Shown piece after piece: positions 1 to 11,995 of a DNA stretch of 64,000 bases. Both the position numbers and the translations under genes were made by a program. The stretch's first letter is position 1. Each line of letters begins with the position of its first letter. The stretch spans positions 19,904,001 through 19,968,000 of the forward strand of contig NC_058383.1 in assembly GCF_018350175.1 (NCBI RefSeq), in the 5' to 3' direction. The notes under the pieces are model-generated. The model saw only the letters and a program-made list of their open reading frames with translations. It was not told the DNA's origin and did not search any database. Source of the stretch: Felis catus. Taxonomy: Eukaryota.

Positions 1-76
1 CCCAACCCCTGCTCCGCCCCCCTCACTCATACTGCCTGGGGGGGGGGGGTCACTGCCTCCCAGTTCCGTGGAAAGC

Positions 77-217
77 GTACTACGTTCTAGTGTGTGGCAT
101 GCCTTGTCTTTAATCTTCACATCTGCCTAAGGAAAGTGCGAGCATTTCCATTTCACAGGTGGGGAGACTGAGGTGCACAGATGGGAAATGATTTGTCTAA
201 ACTCACCCAGCTAGAAG
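77..217 (-). mobile_element. MIR SINE fragment
   Basis: CCATTTCACAGGTGGGGAGACTGAGG...CACCCAGCTAG, the reverse complement of the MIR core. Confidence 0.65.
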
Positions 218-330
218 CCGAGTTTCCCCCTCTAGGGTGTGGGGACTCTCGGTCCCCAGAGGTGGATCCTCTGGCCCTAAATTGTGTCTTAGTGCTGGGG
301 AGGCAAAAGAGTGTGGTTAGTTAGGATGCC

Positions 331-491
331 TTTTGGGTTCCAGCCCCGACCCCTGGATTCCCGCGGGTAAACTACATCACCACTCTGACCCTCAGTTTCC
401 TCATCTGTAAAATGGAGAAAAACCAATGTCTTTTCCTCCTAGGATTGTTGGAGGATTAAGGCAGATAATGTATGGAAAGCACATATCACAG
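331..491 (+). mobile_element. MIR SINE fragment
   Basis: Core CCTCAGTTTCCTCATCTGTAAAATGG followed by GGATTGTTGGAGGATTAA. Confidence 0.8.
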
Positions 492-559
492 AACCATTTA
501 GCTTTTTGGAAAAGATTCCCACCCTGCCCCTCGATGTCAGGCTTGCTCAGAGACCCTTT

Positions 560-851
560 CCGGCCAATGGAATGTAAGCTGGATGGACGACGTGGGAGTT
601 CCGAGCCCAGGCCCTAAGGGAAAACATGTATTCTGCTTCTTCATGTATTCACGACGTTCTGCCTTATGGCGTGGGGAAGGCTTTGCCCACATGGTCACTG
701 CCCCTTGAGTTTGGGCCTCAGTATGAGACACAAAGGACAGGGCTTCTGTGGTCAACTTGCAGCCCTGTGAGTGAGAGAGGTGATTGTTTTAAGCCACTGA
801 TGTGGGTGAAGCTTGTTACACAGCACTTTCCTGGCAGCCGCAAACTGATAC
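560..851 (+). mobile_element. MLT1-family (MaLR) LTR fragment
   Basis: GGCCAATGGAATGT...; 3' end TTGTTTTAAGCCACTG...TTGTTACACAGCA...AACTGATAC typical of MLT1. Confidence 0.7.
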
Positions 852-956
852 GTGGAGACACGATGAGATTAGTGGACGTGTGGTCTTGTCTGCTGAGCAT
901 CTTTTGGGAGGACAACCCCTCTCCCGTTCTTGGTTTATGTGGACCCTGCAATAGCC

Positions 957-1158
957 TTTTTTTTTTTTTAAGTTTATTTGTTTTTGAGAGAGAGAAAGTG
1001 CGAACGGAGCAGGGGCAGAGAGCGAGAGGGAGAGAGAGAGAATCCCGAGCGTGCTCCACACTGTCTGCACAGAGCCCGACGCGGGGCTCGAATCCACTGT
1101 GAGATCATGACCTGAGCTGAAGTCAGACGCTTAATGGACTGAGCCCCCCGGTCGCCCC
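957..1158 (-). mobile_element. Can-SINE (SINEC)
   Basis: Poly-T, (GA)n, GGGGCTCGAA (B box) and GAGATCATGACCTGAGC...CGCCCC head, reverse-complemented. Confidence 0.95.
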
Positions 1159-1704
1159 TGTACCTTGGCAACTCTTAAGCTCCGCCCCCACTTCCTCCAC
1201 CTGGGTGTTCCCCAGGAGGGGGAGCCTTGCGGGGTCACCCTCAGGTGGTGGTGGGCAGCACAGGGATTCGGTGCTGGGAAATGGTTTTCCGCTGCAGCCA
1301 TCAGCACAAGACAATGAGCCCTGGGCCCAGAAAGGCCCCCTCCCATTCCCCTGGGGATCTCTGGGGGCCATCGTCTCACCCAGGAAAGGAGTCCTGGACA
1401 CGGCCCAAGGGTCCCAAGCTTCATTTGCTGAATCATTTTGGGCCAGGCATGATCTCTTTGGGGATCAGTTTCTTCCTCTGTAAAATGGGTATGAGGAGAG
1501 GTGCGCTACACTCGATCGATGTGAGACCTTTTTTTGAGCAATGGACCCCCGAGAGAATCTGACACGAGGTGTGGACGGCTGCCTCGGGCATAGGTTTATG
1601 TGCACCGCTGTGGGTCACTGCAATGTTATATATAACTCAGGAGGGAGCTTTTTATGGACCGTGGGTTGAGAACATTTGGGCCTCACGAGGAACAGCCTTG
1701 TGAC

Positions 1705-1931
1705 GCTAAGCAAGGCATTTGGAGCCAAGCTGCCTGGGATTGACTCTCTCTCCAGCACTTACTAGCTGGGTGACCTTGGCCAAGTTACTTAACGTGTCGG
1801 TGCCTCCGTTTCCTCATCTGTAAAAGGACAGCGATAAGAATCCTTCCCGCTCCACAGGGTTGCCGAGAGGAATAAAGAAGACGTTATATGTGTGGCACGT
1901 AGCACAGCATCCGGGACCTAGCGAGTGCTCG
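1705..1931 (+). mobile_element. MIR SINE, near full length
   Basis: CACTTACTAGCTGGGTGACCTTGGCCAAGTTACTTAAC...TTTCCTCATCTGTAAAA...GCACAGCATCCGG. Confidence 0.9.
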
Positions 1932-2372
1932 CGGATGACACAGATGGGGCAATCTAAGACCCAGAAGCTTCTCTGTTTGCCTCTGGCTGACAGCCTTTCC
2001 GAGTCTCTCTCAGTGTCCAGCCCCACGGGAGATCTGTTCGTGTCCACCTGCCCTGGTTCTAGGAGGGGGTCTCACATGAGCAAATAACCCAGGGCTTGTT
2101 GATCCTGGCTCCAGGAAGGTGCCCCTGCTGCTCCTGCAAACGTTGGTGCTGAGCCGGTGGGAGAGACAGGTGGGCTGGTCCCCTGCCTCCTTCCCTCACC
2201 TTCTCCTCCTGTTTCTGCCCTCTTGCTGTTGCCTGTCTGCCGAGGTCTCCGTCTGCACGTGTCCCTCCCTCTGTGTCTCCCCAGCCTCCCCCCTGCTAAT
2301 AATGATCCCGGCCGACAGGGGGAGGCGCCCTGCCTTGCCCAGTCTGTTCTATGCACTCTGTATCATTTATTC

Positions 2373-2543
2373 GTTAAAGTTTATTTATTTACTTAGGGAG
2401 GGAGAGAGAGAGAGGATCTCAGGCAGGCTCCGCAGAGTCAGCACGGAGCCCTACGCGGGGCTCAAACTCACAAACCGTGAGATCACGACCTGAGCCGAAA
2501 GCTAGAGTCGGACGCTTAACTAACTGAGCCCCCCAGGCGCCCT
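2373..2543 (-). mobile_element. Can-SINE with TSD
   Basis: SINE body; TSD TCATTTATTC at 2363-2372 and 2544-2553. Confidence 0.95.
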
Positions 2544-2784
2544 TCATTTATTCTTTAAATCCGTGTAACGTCCTTATGAAGCAGGTACTGCTTTTTATTC
2601 ATTCAGTAAATCTTTATTAGGCCTCGGGTTCAGTGATTCCAGACTCTCACGGGTGCTGGTGGTCCAGCCGCGAACATAACGGTGCCCAACGCATCCCTTC
2701 CCGCCCACTCAGCACCCACTTTTGCCTTGTCCCAAAGCCCACCCCCCATTTCCCCATAGCTGTTACCAGGTACCCAAGTCTGCG

Positions 2785-3150
2785 TCGGGTATTAATGGCT
2801 GCATAACACATTACCCCCCCCCCCCCCCAAGACGGGGGCTTAAAACAACACGTGTCATCTTCTTCGTGGGTCGGGAATGGGGTGTGGCTGAGCCGGGGGC
2901 CTGTGGCTGATGGGGCCTCCCGAGGCCGGACCTCAGGGATCCCTGTCTGAGTTCAGTCCCACGGCTGGTGGCAGCCTCAGGTCTCCGCCTTGGTGCCTCG
3001 CCACATGGGCCTCTGCTTAGATGGCACGGGGCTGTCCTCTCGGCTAAAGCCAGAGCTCCGGAGAGAGAAATCGGCCGGGCCTTGGTAGCTGGATCTCGGA
3101 GGTGACACCCCGGCATTTTGTGTCCTGTTTGGTATCGTCACATGATGTGG
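2785..3150 (-). mobile_element. MLT1-family LTR, degenerate
   Basis: TATTAATGGCTGCATAACACATTACCCC...GGCTTAAAACAACAC, the reverse complement of an MLT1 3' end. Confidence 0.65.
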
Positions 3151-3251
3151 TGGGGGGCACTGGGAGCCACCTCACGTGCTTCTGTCACCACAGGCATGCC
3201 AAGGTGCTGGGGACCACCGATGAGGGGCTGAGTGCTGCGTGAATCTGCCCT

Positions 3252-3615
3252 GTGTTACAGATGGGGAAACTGAGGCACAGAAAGGCTAAGTAACATGCCC
3301 GAGGTTAGTCAGCTCCTAACAGGTGGCAGAACCAGGCCGGGGCCAGGCTGTCTGGCTCCTGAGCCCCACTCTTTTTTTTTTTTTTAAATGTTTATTTATT
3401 TTTGAGAGAGACAGAGACAGAATGCAAGTGGGTTGGGGCAGAGAGAGAGGGAGGCACAGGATCCGAAGCAGGCTCCAGGCTCCAAGCCGTCAGCACAGAG
3501 CCCGACGCGGGGCTTGAACTCCCGGACCCCGAGATCATGACCTGAGCCGAAGTCGGACGCTCAACCGACTGAGCCACCCAGGCGCCCCCCTGAGCCCCAC
3601 TCTTAACCCTGACAC
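3252..3615 (-). mobile_element. MIR interrupted by a Can-SINE
   Basis: TTACAGATGGGGAAACTGAGGCACAG...GAGCCCCACTCTTAACC, continuing across the SINE. Confidence 0.8.
3374..3588 (-). mobile_element. Can-SINE (felid type) with 16-bp TSD
   Basis: Full SINE; perfect TSD CCTGAGCCCCACTCTT at 3358-3373 and 3589-3604. Confidence 0.97.
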
Positions 3616-3694
3616 TCTCCCCACCCTGCCAGGTCAGGGAGCTCCCCTGCGGCCGTCCTGGTTTGCTTTCAGTCTGTTCCCTCCCTTCCTCCTG

Positions 3695-3915
3695 TTTTTT
3701 TTTTTTTTTTTTTGAAGGTTTATTTATTTTGAGAGAGAGAGAGAACACATGCACAAGTGGGGCAGGGGTGGGGAGAGACGGTAAGAGAGAGAAAATCCGT
3801 AGCAGGCTCCACACCACCAGCATAGAGCCCAATTCGGGGCTCAAACTCCCCAGCTGTGAGATCATGACCCGAGCTGAAGTGGGACGCTCAACCGACGGAG
3901 CCCCCCGGGCGCCCC
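3695..3915 (-). mobile_element. Can-SINE
   Basis: Poly-T, (GA)n and tRNA-like head ending CCCGGGCGCCCC. Confidence 0.93.
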
Positions 3916-3959
3916 TCTGCCTCCTCCTCTGGAACGTTCCACCCACTTCCGCCTTTCCA

Positions 3960-4350
3960 CTTGTCTCCCCCACTCCGGTCTGTCACCCTGACCGCCGTGA
4001 GTCTCCCGCTCGCGGTTCTCGGCTTCCTTCATCCCTTCCTCCCTCCGGCTCCGTCTGCCTTGACCTGGCTCATCTGTCTTCACGTCACATCTGTTCCTCG
4101 TCTCCGTGTCTGCCCGTGTCTCTGCGTCTGTCTGTGTGTCTGGTGTATCTGTGGCTCTCTCTGTCCATGTGTCAGCCTTGGGCTTTGTCCGTGGGTCTGT
4201 CTCCTTGTTCCTACTGCTGTCGGTCTGGCCGTCGTGTGTCCCTCTCTCCCTGTCTCTTTTTGAACCTATTGCTCCCTTTTCCCCCTCGGCCCCCACCCCT
4301 CTGTGTCTGTCCCTCTGTCTGTCCCTGTGGCTTTCTGTCTGTATTCTTCT
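3960..4350. repeat. CT/GT-rich low-complexity tract
   Basis: Nearly A-free; repeated TCTGTC/TGTC motifs. Confidence 0.75.
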
Positions 4351-4414
4351 GGAGCCTGCCCATCTCCCTCCTGAGGCCACAATACGCTGCTTCTGGGTGG
4401 ACCCAGTCCGGGAG

Positions 4415-4980
4415 GCAGTTTTGATTATTTACGACGCTGTCACTTATTAATCATTATCTTTATAATAACATAAAAACAACAGGCTCTCAGCCCCTACCCA
4501 GTGGCGGACAGTGGCCTCTCAGCCTGGTCCCCCTGCCGCGCAGACAGATGGCAACTCCCCGCTTCTATTCATCAGGCTTTGATACGCATCTCCTTTGGAG
4601 ACTGTCGGCTCCAATGTTACAATCACAGCAATATTAGAATAACAACTTAAAACCAATCATTTTTATGGGGACACACACAGTATAAAAAGACCTGCCTATC
4701 TGAGGACACATATAACATCAGCAGCTATTGCCCCATAAAGCTGTCAGTTAGAGAAACATCTCGGGGAGTCCTTGAACACCATCACCCAAGTTTAGCGAGA
4801 GGGAGAGGGAGAGGGAGAGAAAGAAAGAGAAAGAGAAAGGAAAGAGAGAGAGAGAGAGAGAGCGCTTTGCAAATCATTTTTCATGGAGGTCTGGGGAAAA
4901 ACTGTGAGCAATTGATTCCGTGGGGAGCCAGCAGATTTAGCTAAATGGCTCAGGCCTGGCCCCGAGTGGCACTTGACATA
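4415..4980. promoter_or_regulatory. Candidate conserved enhancer (HOX/MEIS/TCF motif cluster)
   Basis: Unique AT-rich island: TTTACGAC 4428, CTGTCA 4437, CTTTGAT 4577, TTTTATGG 4661, CCATAAAGCTGTCA 4733-4746. Confidence 0.5.
4797..4862. repeat. (GA)n/(GAAA)n polypurine microsatellite
   Basis: Directly visible. Confidence 0.95.
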
Positions 4981-5869
4981 TGTCTCCCGAAATCACGGGG
5001 CAGGCTTAGAAAGGGGCAGCGCCCAGGGGGTGCCCAGCGTGCATGGCCTGGCCAACTTCTAGCTTCAGTTTCCCCAACCGGAAGCATTGTGCCTTATGAT
5101 TTTGATTAGGAAGCCTTCCCAGGGAGTGTCAGTAGGGGAGTGAGGGAGTGGCCGGAAGGGGAAGGAGGCCCCGGGCAAGGCCGACCCCACCCCACGGAGC
5201 AGACCTGGGGCTCGGTTACAGGCGGATGACAGGGGAGGAGTTTCTTACCTCCCAAGAGCTGGGTGTGCCTGGCTCCCCCCCCCCCCCCCCCCGAGGCTCC
5301 TGGGTGGGTGAAGGACATCTTAAGATGCAAACCCTCCTGAAGAAGAGTTCACCAGCCGGCACTCGGCGAGAGGACCGGCTCTTCGCAGATGAAACGCAGC
5401 AGGCCTGAGTCCTGGGCTCGAGCCCAGCACACTCCATCGGTGTGGCACCAAAGGCGTAGTCGGGCCGCAGCTCTTCTGGAAAGCAAGCGACCCCCCCAAT
5501 CAAAACCCTGACTTGTAAGACGGGGGCGGCGTGGTGGGGTGGGTGGGAGTAGGAACAGCTCTTCTGGGGTCCTGTGATTCTACCTAGTGCCTGGGGGTAA
5601 ATTAGAGCGGGCGCCCCCTGCTGGGTGGGCGTGGCACTCGCTAGCACGGGGCGTGGCATGTCAGGGGCGACTTTCTGCACAGAAAAGAGGTCTTTTGGGA
5701 CGGATTCAGCTAAGTTCCAAAGACTTGGTGAGGTGAGGGGGAGGTGTCTTTCAGCCGCCATTTACCCCATCTGTTGGGTGCCATGTACAGTGTGCATCCT
5801 GGACAACTGTACATGACAGCCCTGAGCCTTTAGCTGACCGTATGCTCAGCGCTCCGAGCAAGAAAATGC

Positions 5870-5995
5870 AGATTGTGCGTTTCATGAAGGCGAGGGCTAG
5901 GTCAGGGCTCTTTACCACTGTGTCTCCTGGCACCAAATACAGTGCTTGGGAGGCATTCAAAAAGTACTTGTTGAAGAAATGGATGAATGAATTTT
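5870..5995 (+). mobile_element. L2 3' end fragment
   Basis: CACTGTGTCTCCTGGCACC...ACAGTGCTTGG...TTGTTGAAGAAATGGATGAATGAA. Confidence 0.7.
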
Positions 5996-6104
5996 AAATA
6001 TCTCATAGATTGTCTGGCGTACCACAGTCAATCGGTGTTTGCCAAGCGAGTGAATGACCGCTCCTGTCAAGAGCGTTCTGTGAAGTTCCGTGGCACCGGA
6101 GAAG

Positions 6105-6290
6105 GAAAGGCAGGACTCAAATCCCAGTCTTCTACTGATTAGCTGTGTGGTCTTGGGCAAGTTACTGCTACCCTCTGTGCCTCTGTTTTATCTTCTGTAA
6201 AATGGGGGTAAATTAACAGGACTTCCTTTCCAAGGGCTCCTATGTGGACCAGGCAAGTTAACACACGGAGTGGTTGGCAATGTTAGCTGC
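6105..6290 (+). mobile_element. MIR SINE
   Basis: TCAAATCCCAGTCT...TAGCTGTGTGGTCTTGGGCAAGTTACT...CTGTAAAATGGGG. Confidence 0.85.
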
Positions 6291-6381
6291 TTGTTAACAT
6301 CACCAGAAGTGGCAGGTCCCCAGTGCTCTGTGCTGGGCTGACCTCCTGGAGAGCTGTGTTGCCTTCTGGGCATCATATTCT

Positions 6382-6602
6382 TCTATTTTTATTTTTTAAA
6401 CATTTATTTATTTTTGAAAGACGGAGAGACAGAGCATGAGCAGGGGAGGGGCAGGGAGAGAGAGGGAGACGCAGAATCCGGAGCGGGCTCCAGACTCCGA
6501 GCCGTCAGCACAGAGCCCGACGCGGGGCTCGAACTCATGGACCGCGAGATCGTGACCTGAGCCGAAGTCGGCTGCTCAACCGACGGAGCCACCCAGGCGC
6601 TC
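6382..6602 (-). mobile_element. Can-SINE with TSD
   Basis: TSD CTGGGCATCATATTCT (6366-6381) / CTGGGTGTCATATTCT (6603-6618). Confidence 0.96.
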
Positions 6603-7360
6603 CTGGGTGTCATATTCTAAAAGAGACAGTGACAACTGAAGCTTGACTGTGAGAGCCCCACAGGAACTTCCCTATAAATAATTTTTGGGCGAATAGAGTG
6701 TACCCCACAAAAACTGCTCAGAGCAGGGGTGATTTGATATGGATGGAGCACATAATTTTTAGTCAGCTCGTCATCTGATTTCTTTCTAGTCTGTGCACTG
6801 GGGCATGAGCTTTTTGCCTTGAATACGTCACTAAGAAGCTCCACGTTACCCCCCAGCAGCCCCTCAGTGATGGGACGGGAGAGACCCACAGCCCCCAGGG
6901 ATGAACTCTTACTGGATTTACCCAATCTGCACGAGCCATTCAGAGATGCACGTGTGGCCCGTTTTGGACCAATGACACGAGAGACGATGCTGGCTGGGGG
7001 GTTCCGAGAAGGTCCCCTTTGTGAGAGGGAGGTCCTGGGAGGCTCCCACAGCCACCTTGTCACCGCGGCAGGATCCAACCTTGGTTTGGAGCGGCCCCCG
7101 TTGAAGGCAGGGAGGGGGCGGGTGGCCATCTGGGGTGATGCTGCTGAGCCCCCTCTGGAGCAGCTCTCCCCCCGGCTGTGCCCACCGCGTGAACCAGCGA
7201 AGTCCTGTTGAGGTTTTGGCTAGCTCGAGTTGGGTCTCCTGTCACCTGCTGGAGGATGGGTCCTCGCCAACACCCCGTCTCTTCATTTGTTCTTTTTCCA
7301 GTCTGCTCCCTATGGTGTGAAACTTATACCTTGAATTCAGCCGAGCTCAGTGTTTTGCAG

Positions 7361-7600
7361 ATTTATTTTATTTTATTTTATTTTTTAATTTTTTTTTCAA
7401 CGTTTATTTATTTTTGGGACAGAGAGAGACAGAGCATGAACGGGGGAGGGGCAGAGAGAGAGGGAGACACAGAATCGGAAACAGGCTCCAGGCTCTGAGC
7501 CATCAGCCCAGAGCCCGACGCGGGGCTCGAACTCCCGGACCGCGAGATCGTGACCAGGCTGAAGTCGGACGCTCAACTGACTGCACCACCCAGGCGCCCC
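7361..7600 (-). mobile_element. Young felid Can-SINE with TSD
   Basis: Diagnostic TCAACGTTTATTTATTTTTGGGACAG...CCATCAGCCCAG; TSD GTGTTTTGCAG at 7350-7360 and 7602-7612. Confidence 0.97.
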
Positions 7601-8724
7601 CGTGTTTTGCAGCTTTAAAGCCTCGCTTTCTTGCATCTCATTTCCTCCTTGGAGTCCCCCGTCCCCTGAGTCAAGAAGCGTATGACCAAACAGCAGGGCT
7701 GAGGAATGCAGAGGGGAGACACAGGGCGCCCGAAAACTGAGGGGGGACGACACGGGGTAAGATTAAAGTAGCAGCTGCCACGCTGTGTGGGGCACAGGAC
7801 TACGTTTTACCTGCGTTCCTCGTTCCCATTTGCAGATGAGGAAGCTGAGGCCCCGGACTGGCAGTCCCATTATCTGGCAAGTAGCCTCGTTTTGCGTTGG
7901 ACCCACAGGGCTGATGGCACCTAATGAGTAGCTGTGCCCCAGCCTGGGAGAGGGCACCTGCTCAGAAGCAGGCAAGACGCTGAAGATCCATATGGGAATT
8001 GCACACAGAGTAATTTTATAGACAATTAAATCTGTAAAGATTGGCCAATATGTGTACTTAAAGCTGTGTGCAGAGGTAATTGCCAAGTTTCCTTCCATCT
8101 GCCGAAGAGATTTTAAACAAAGGGGGATGGTCCGCCAGGCTGAACGCTAAGCAGACCGACGAGGTTCCTTCCTTGCTGGAAGGGTGGGGGGCGGGGCGCC
8201 AGGAGGTGGCATGGAGAGGGGACAAGGCTGGGGTGATCTGCTTCCTGGACCCTCTCTCTCAGGAGCCTGGAGGGTGGAAGCAGCCTGGGCCGTGCGGTCT
8301 GAAGGATCTGGAATGGCCAATGCCTCCCTGTCGCCTCACCAGCCGTGTGACTCCAGACAGGCACTACCTCTTTCTGAGCCTCAGTTTCCCCATCTGCTCA
8401 ACGGGGACAAAACACGCACCACGTGGGGTTGCTGCCGGGATTAGATGGGCTGATGGCTGAACTGTCCTCCTACGTCACATTCTCCTTCGTCCTCTGTTCA
8501 CCTACCAGCCAGACCTGGGGTTTGTGGGTAACACGTGGGAAAATCTTCCAGAGCTGAACTCAGCATCCACAGAGCTTTCCACCAGCCCAGAGCACTTGGG
8601 GCCAACGTTTCCCAACCCTTTGGGTGACCTTCTCTGAGTGATATGATTGAAACAGAATTGGAGGCATCCACTCGCTTGCCAGTCGCCTTACTTACTCCCC
8701 TGTCCTTGTCCGTACGTTACGCCC

Positions 8725-9140
8725 TCTGTCAGTTACATCATCATAGTGCTGGGCAACAAACCAGCACAAAGCTAGTGACTTAAAACAGCAACCCTTTCTG
8801 GTTCCTCATGAGTCTACGGGTCAGTTGGGTAAGTTGGCTGTTCTGGGCTGGGGTGGCCGCTCACACGTGTCCGGGCAGCCGGTGGATCAGCTGGGCGCTG
8901 GCCAATCTAGGATGGCCTTAGCCGGGCTGGACGTGTCCTCCTGGCAGGAGAGCCGCAAGAGAGGGAATCGAAATGCACAAGGAGTTTCAAAAACTCTCAG
9001 CTTGCACTGAGTTTGCTGGAATCCTACTGGCCGAAGCAAGTCCAACGGTCAGTCCCAGATTCCGGTGGGAGGGCATTGCCAAAGGGCATGGATAAAAGGA
9101 GGCAGGAATAACTGGGGCCATTACAGCAATCCGTCTACCA
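8725..9140 (-). mobile_element. MLT1-family LTR
   Basis: TGTCAGTTA...GCAACAAACCAGCACAAAGCTAGTGACTTAAAACAGCAA...TACTGGCCGAAGCAAGTC. Confidence 0.7.
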
Positions 9141-9434
9141 CATGGCCTCCTGGAGACCCGACCACGGGACCTACACCTTTCCCTCTTATTTGCCATTGTG
9201 CAGGCAAAGAACCCACCGAAGAAGGTCTTAGAACGATGTTGCTATAGTGCTCCAGCCTCAGCTGTATTCTCCGTGTTTCCTGGGAAGTCCACTGAGCTCT
9301 TTAACCGCCCCCCCCCCACCCCATTCCCCATAACAGACATCACCCCCTCCCTCTTAACAACTGATCTTTTCTCCCAGTTCCTAGAGATGATAGAAACTGC
9401 CAGAAGAAAAGTCTTTCAACTTCCTACCTCTTTT

Positions 9435-10015
9435 CATTCGTTTGCGCTTATTTATTTTTTTAATTGAGCACCTACTGTGTTCCAGGCCCTGTGCCTGATG
9501 CTCAGTGACGAGTAAGGCAAAGACCTTCACCCCATGGGGCTTGCGTGTGAACAGAGGGAGCCATGAGAAACCAGCGATCAAGTGAACTCGTGAGCACGGT
9601 GACTCCGGCAGCGATGAGCGCTGGAAAGACAATGGAACAAAGAAGTGAGATAGACGTGCCCGGTTGTGCACACGCGCGTGCTCACTCTCGGGAGGGCCAC
9701 GTACAGAGCTGTGACTGTGAGGGTGAGTGCCGAACACCAGTCTTGAGGAGAGCTGGGGAAGGGCGTTCTGAAGGAGGAAGCAGCAAGTGCAAAGACCCTG
9801 GGGCTGGAATAAAGCGTGATCATGTGACCGGAACACAGTCAGTGAGGAGAGTGGGAGAGAAGGGATCGGAGGGGCCGGGGCAGATCCCGCTGTGCCTTGA
9901 AGGCTGTCACGAGGACTCTGGACCGTCTCTAAGGGCAGTGGAGGGTTTTGAACAGGAAGGTCACATCATCTAGTTTATCTTTCTAAAAGGCCGTGCTGGC
10001 TGCTGCATGGAAAAT
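9435..10015 (-). mobile_element. L2 LINE 3' fragment
   Basis: ATTGAGCACCTACTGTGTTCCAGGC...GCAAGTGCAAAGACCCTG...GGAGGGTTTTGAACAGG. Confidence 0.85.
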
Positions 10016-10559
10016 TAGTTTACCTGTGTCCATACCCATTCTTTCATGCTTTCTTCTGCATGGTGCCCTTTGAGATGTCCTAGGCTCTCCAGCCGGGCTC
10101 TGGATCCATCCCCTCCCCCTCCCAGGCCTCTGCTCCTGGGGGATCTCTTTCTTGGATATGGTCAGTCTCTCCCACTCTCTCTGTCGGTTCCTCCTCGTTG
10201 GTTACCAGAGCGCACATGCGTGGGTGTGCCTCTGCCTGTGTGTCAGCTTTTCTGTTTAAGTAATTTGTATTTTCAGATGAGTAACATATTTCCGGGAAAC
10301 CCCTTCCTATGCCCATGCCCTTGGCCAGGCACCTCCGGGGCTCTTGGGCTGGAGTGTGCATCTCTGCCCTTTGACTTTGGGGCTCACTTCGGCAGAAGTG
10401 ACAGCAGGCCAGTTCTGAGTGTGTGTCTCAAGAGTGACTCTGCACCGGCTGCCTGTTTTCCTTCTGCTCTTCAGCCGTCCCCAGGCCCCCCACCCAGATC
10501 CAACCCATAGCCCACAGCCAAGCTCAGCAAAGTCCAGCCCGAGATGTGGCGGTCTTTGA

Positions 10560-11080
10560 CTTTACAGCAAGAGTTGATTGATACAAGCGACGGAAGAAGA
10601 AGGTTCAAAAGTCTGAGTCTCCCTCCTACCCCATCATTGCAACCCAGTTTCCCTCCAGGCGGTGCCCCAACTTGCTAGTTCCTGTGGATGGCTCCAGAGA
10701 ATCTTAGGCACACAAACAATTCCACATGCGTGTGGTCCCACTGCACGCTGTTGGGTATCTTCCTGTGTATTTCACCTCGCGTGTCTTGCAAATCACTTCG
10801 TATCCACATACGAAGAGGTTCCCCAGCTCTTTTAGAGCCATATGGCATTACATTGGATGGATTTCCCTACATGATGTCACCAGTCCCCTGCCGGCCCTAG
10901 CAAGACGGACGCTTGGGTTGTCCAGTCTTCTAAAACTTCAGAGGAGGCTGCACACATCATTTCTCACACGTGGAAGCATATCTGTCCCGTACATTCCCAG
11001 GGGCAGAATTGCGTGGTCCCTGATCACATGCCCTTATGGTACTTCCGGCTGGAGCCACATTGATCTTCATAGGGCTTGTC
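10560..11080 (-). mobile_element. Old L1 (L1ME-like) 3' UTR fragment
   Basis: GACGGACGCTTGGGTTGTCCAGTC...CCCAGGGGCAGAATTGCGTGGTC resembles an L1M 3' UTR. Confidence 0.6.
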
Positions 11081-11293
11081 CAGTCTTCTCTCGGGGATCC
11101 TCCAGTCTCTCTATCTTAAAAAAAAAACCCATAAGGAATAATAAAAAAAAAACAACGCAAAGAGGTCTCAAACCACCCTCTCACCACTTCTCCCTTCAAC
11201 TCTGCTACTTCTGGAAAAGGGGTCTACGTGCGCTCTGTTTTGTTCCCACGCCAGTCTGTCTGCTTCCTGTCTCTGCCATCTTGCCTCTCTTTC

Positions 11294-11514
11294 CTTTTTT
11301 TTTTTTTTTTTCAACGTTTATTTATTTTTGGGACAGAGAGAGACCGAGCATGAACGGGGGAGGGGCAGAGAGAGAGGGAGACACAGAATCGGAAGCAGGC
11401 TCCAGGCTCTGAGCCATCAGCCCAGAGCCCGATGCGGGGCTCGAACTCACGGACCGCGAGATCGTGACCTGGCTGAAGTCGGACGCTCAACTGACTGCGC
11501 CACCCGGGCACCCC
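11294..11514 (-). mobile_element. Young felid Can-SINE with TSD
   Basis: TSD TTGCCTCTCTTTC (11281-11293) / TTGCTTCTCTTTC (11517-11529). Confidence 0.97.
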
Positions 11515-11862
11515 AATTGCTTCTCTTTCAAAGATCATGGGTGACCGTCTGTTGGAAAGTCCAATGGGCACAGTTCAGCATTCATTGGACCTTGGTTTCA
11601 TATCCCTGAAAGCCACTCTCTCCTCCTTGAAGGCTCTCTGTCTTTCGCCCTGTTGGATATTAGGAATTCCTTCGGTGGCCCCAATAGGAAACATAAAAGA
11701 AAAAAAATACTGATGCACTCCACGGGAGTATGTTTGAATGGTGTATTGGGGAAATGGTTTGAATATTCAGGCAGAGTAAGGCTCATGAATAGTAAGATGG
11801 GGTTTCTCTTGGGATGGTGTCAGATCCCTGGGCTGAGCCTGAGGTCCAAGGTGTGGCCTGGG

Positions 11863-11995
11863 CCACTGTTTCTCGAACTGCGATGTGCAGACAGTCACCT
11901 GGGGATCTTGTTGAAAATGCAGATTCCACTTGAGTACATCTGGGGTGGGGCCTGGGGCCTGCATTTCTGGCAAGATCTCAGGACAGCACTTGGAG
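11863..11995. mobile_element. MER5A-like hAT DNA transposon
   Basis: TCACCTGGGGATCTTGTTGAAAATGCAGATTCC...TCTGGGGTGGGGCCTGGGGCCTGCATTT. Confidence 0.8.

Noticed and set aside
3663..4424. 253-aa ORF
   Set aside because: Antisense SINE plus an A-poor low-complexity tract that cannot easily form stop codons.
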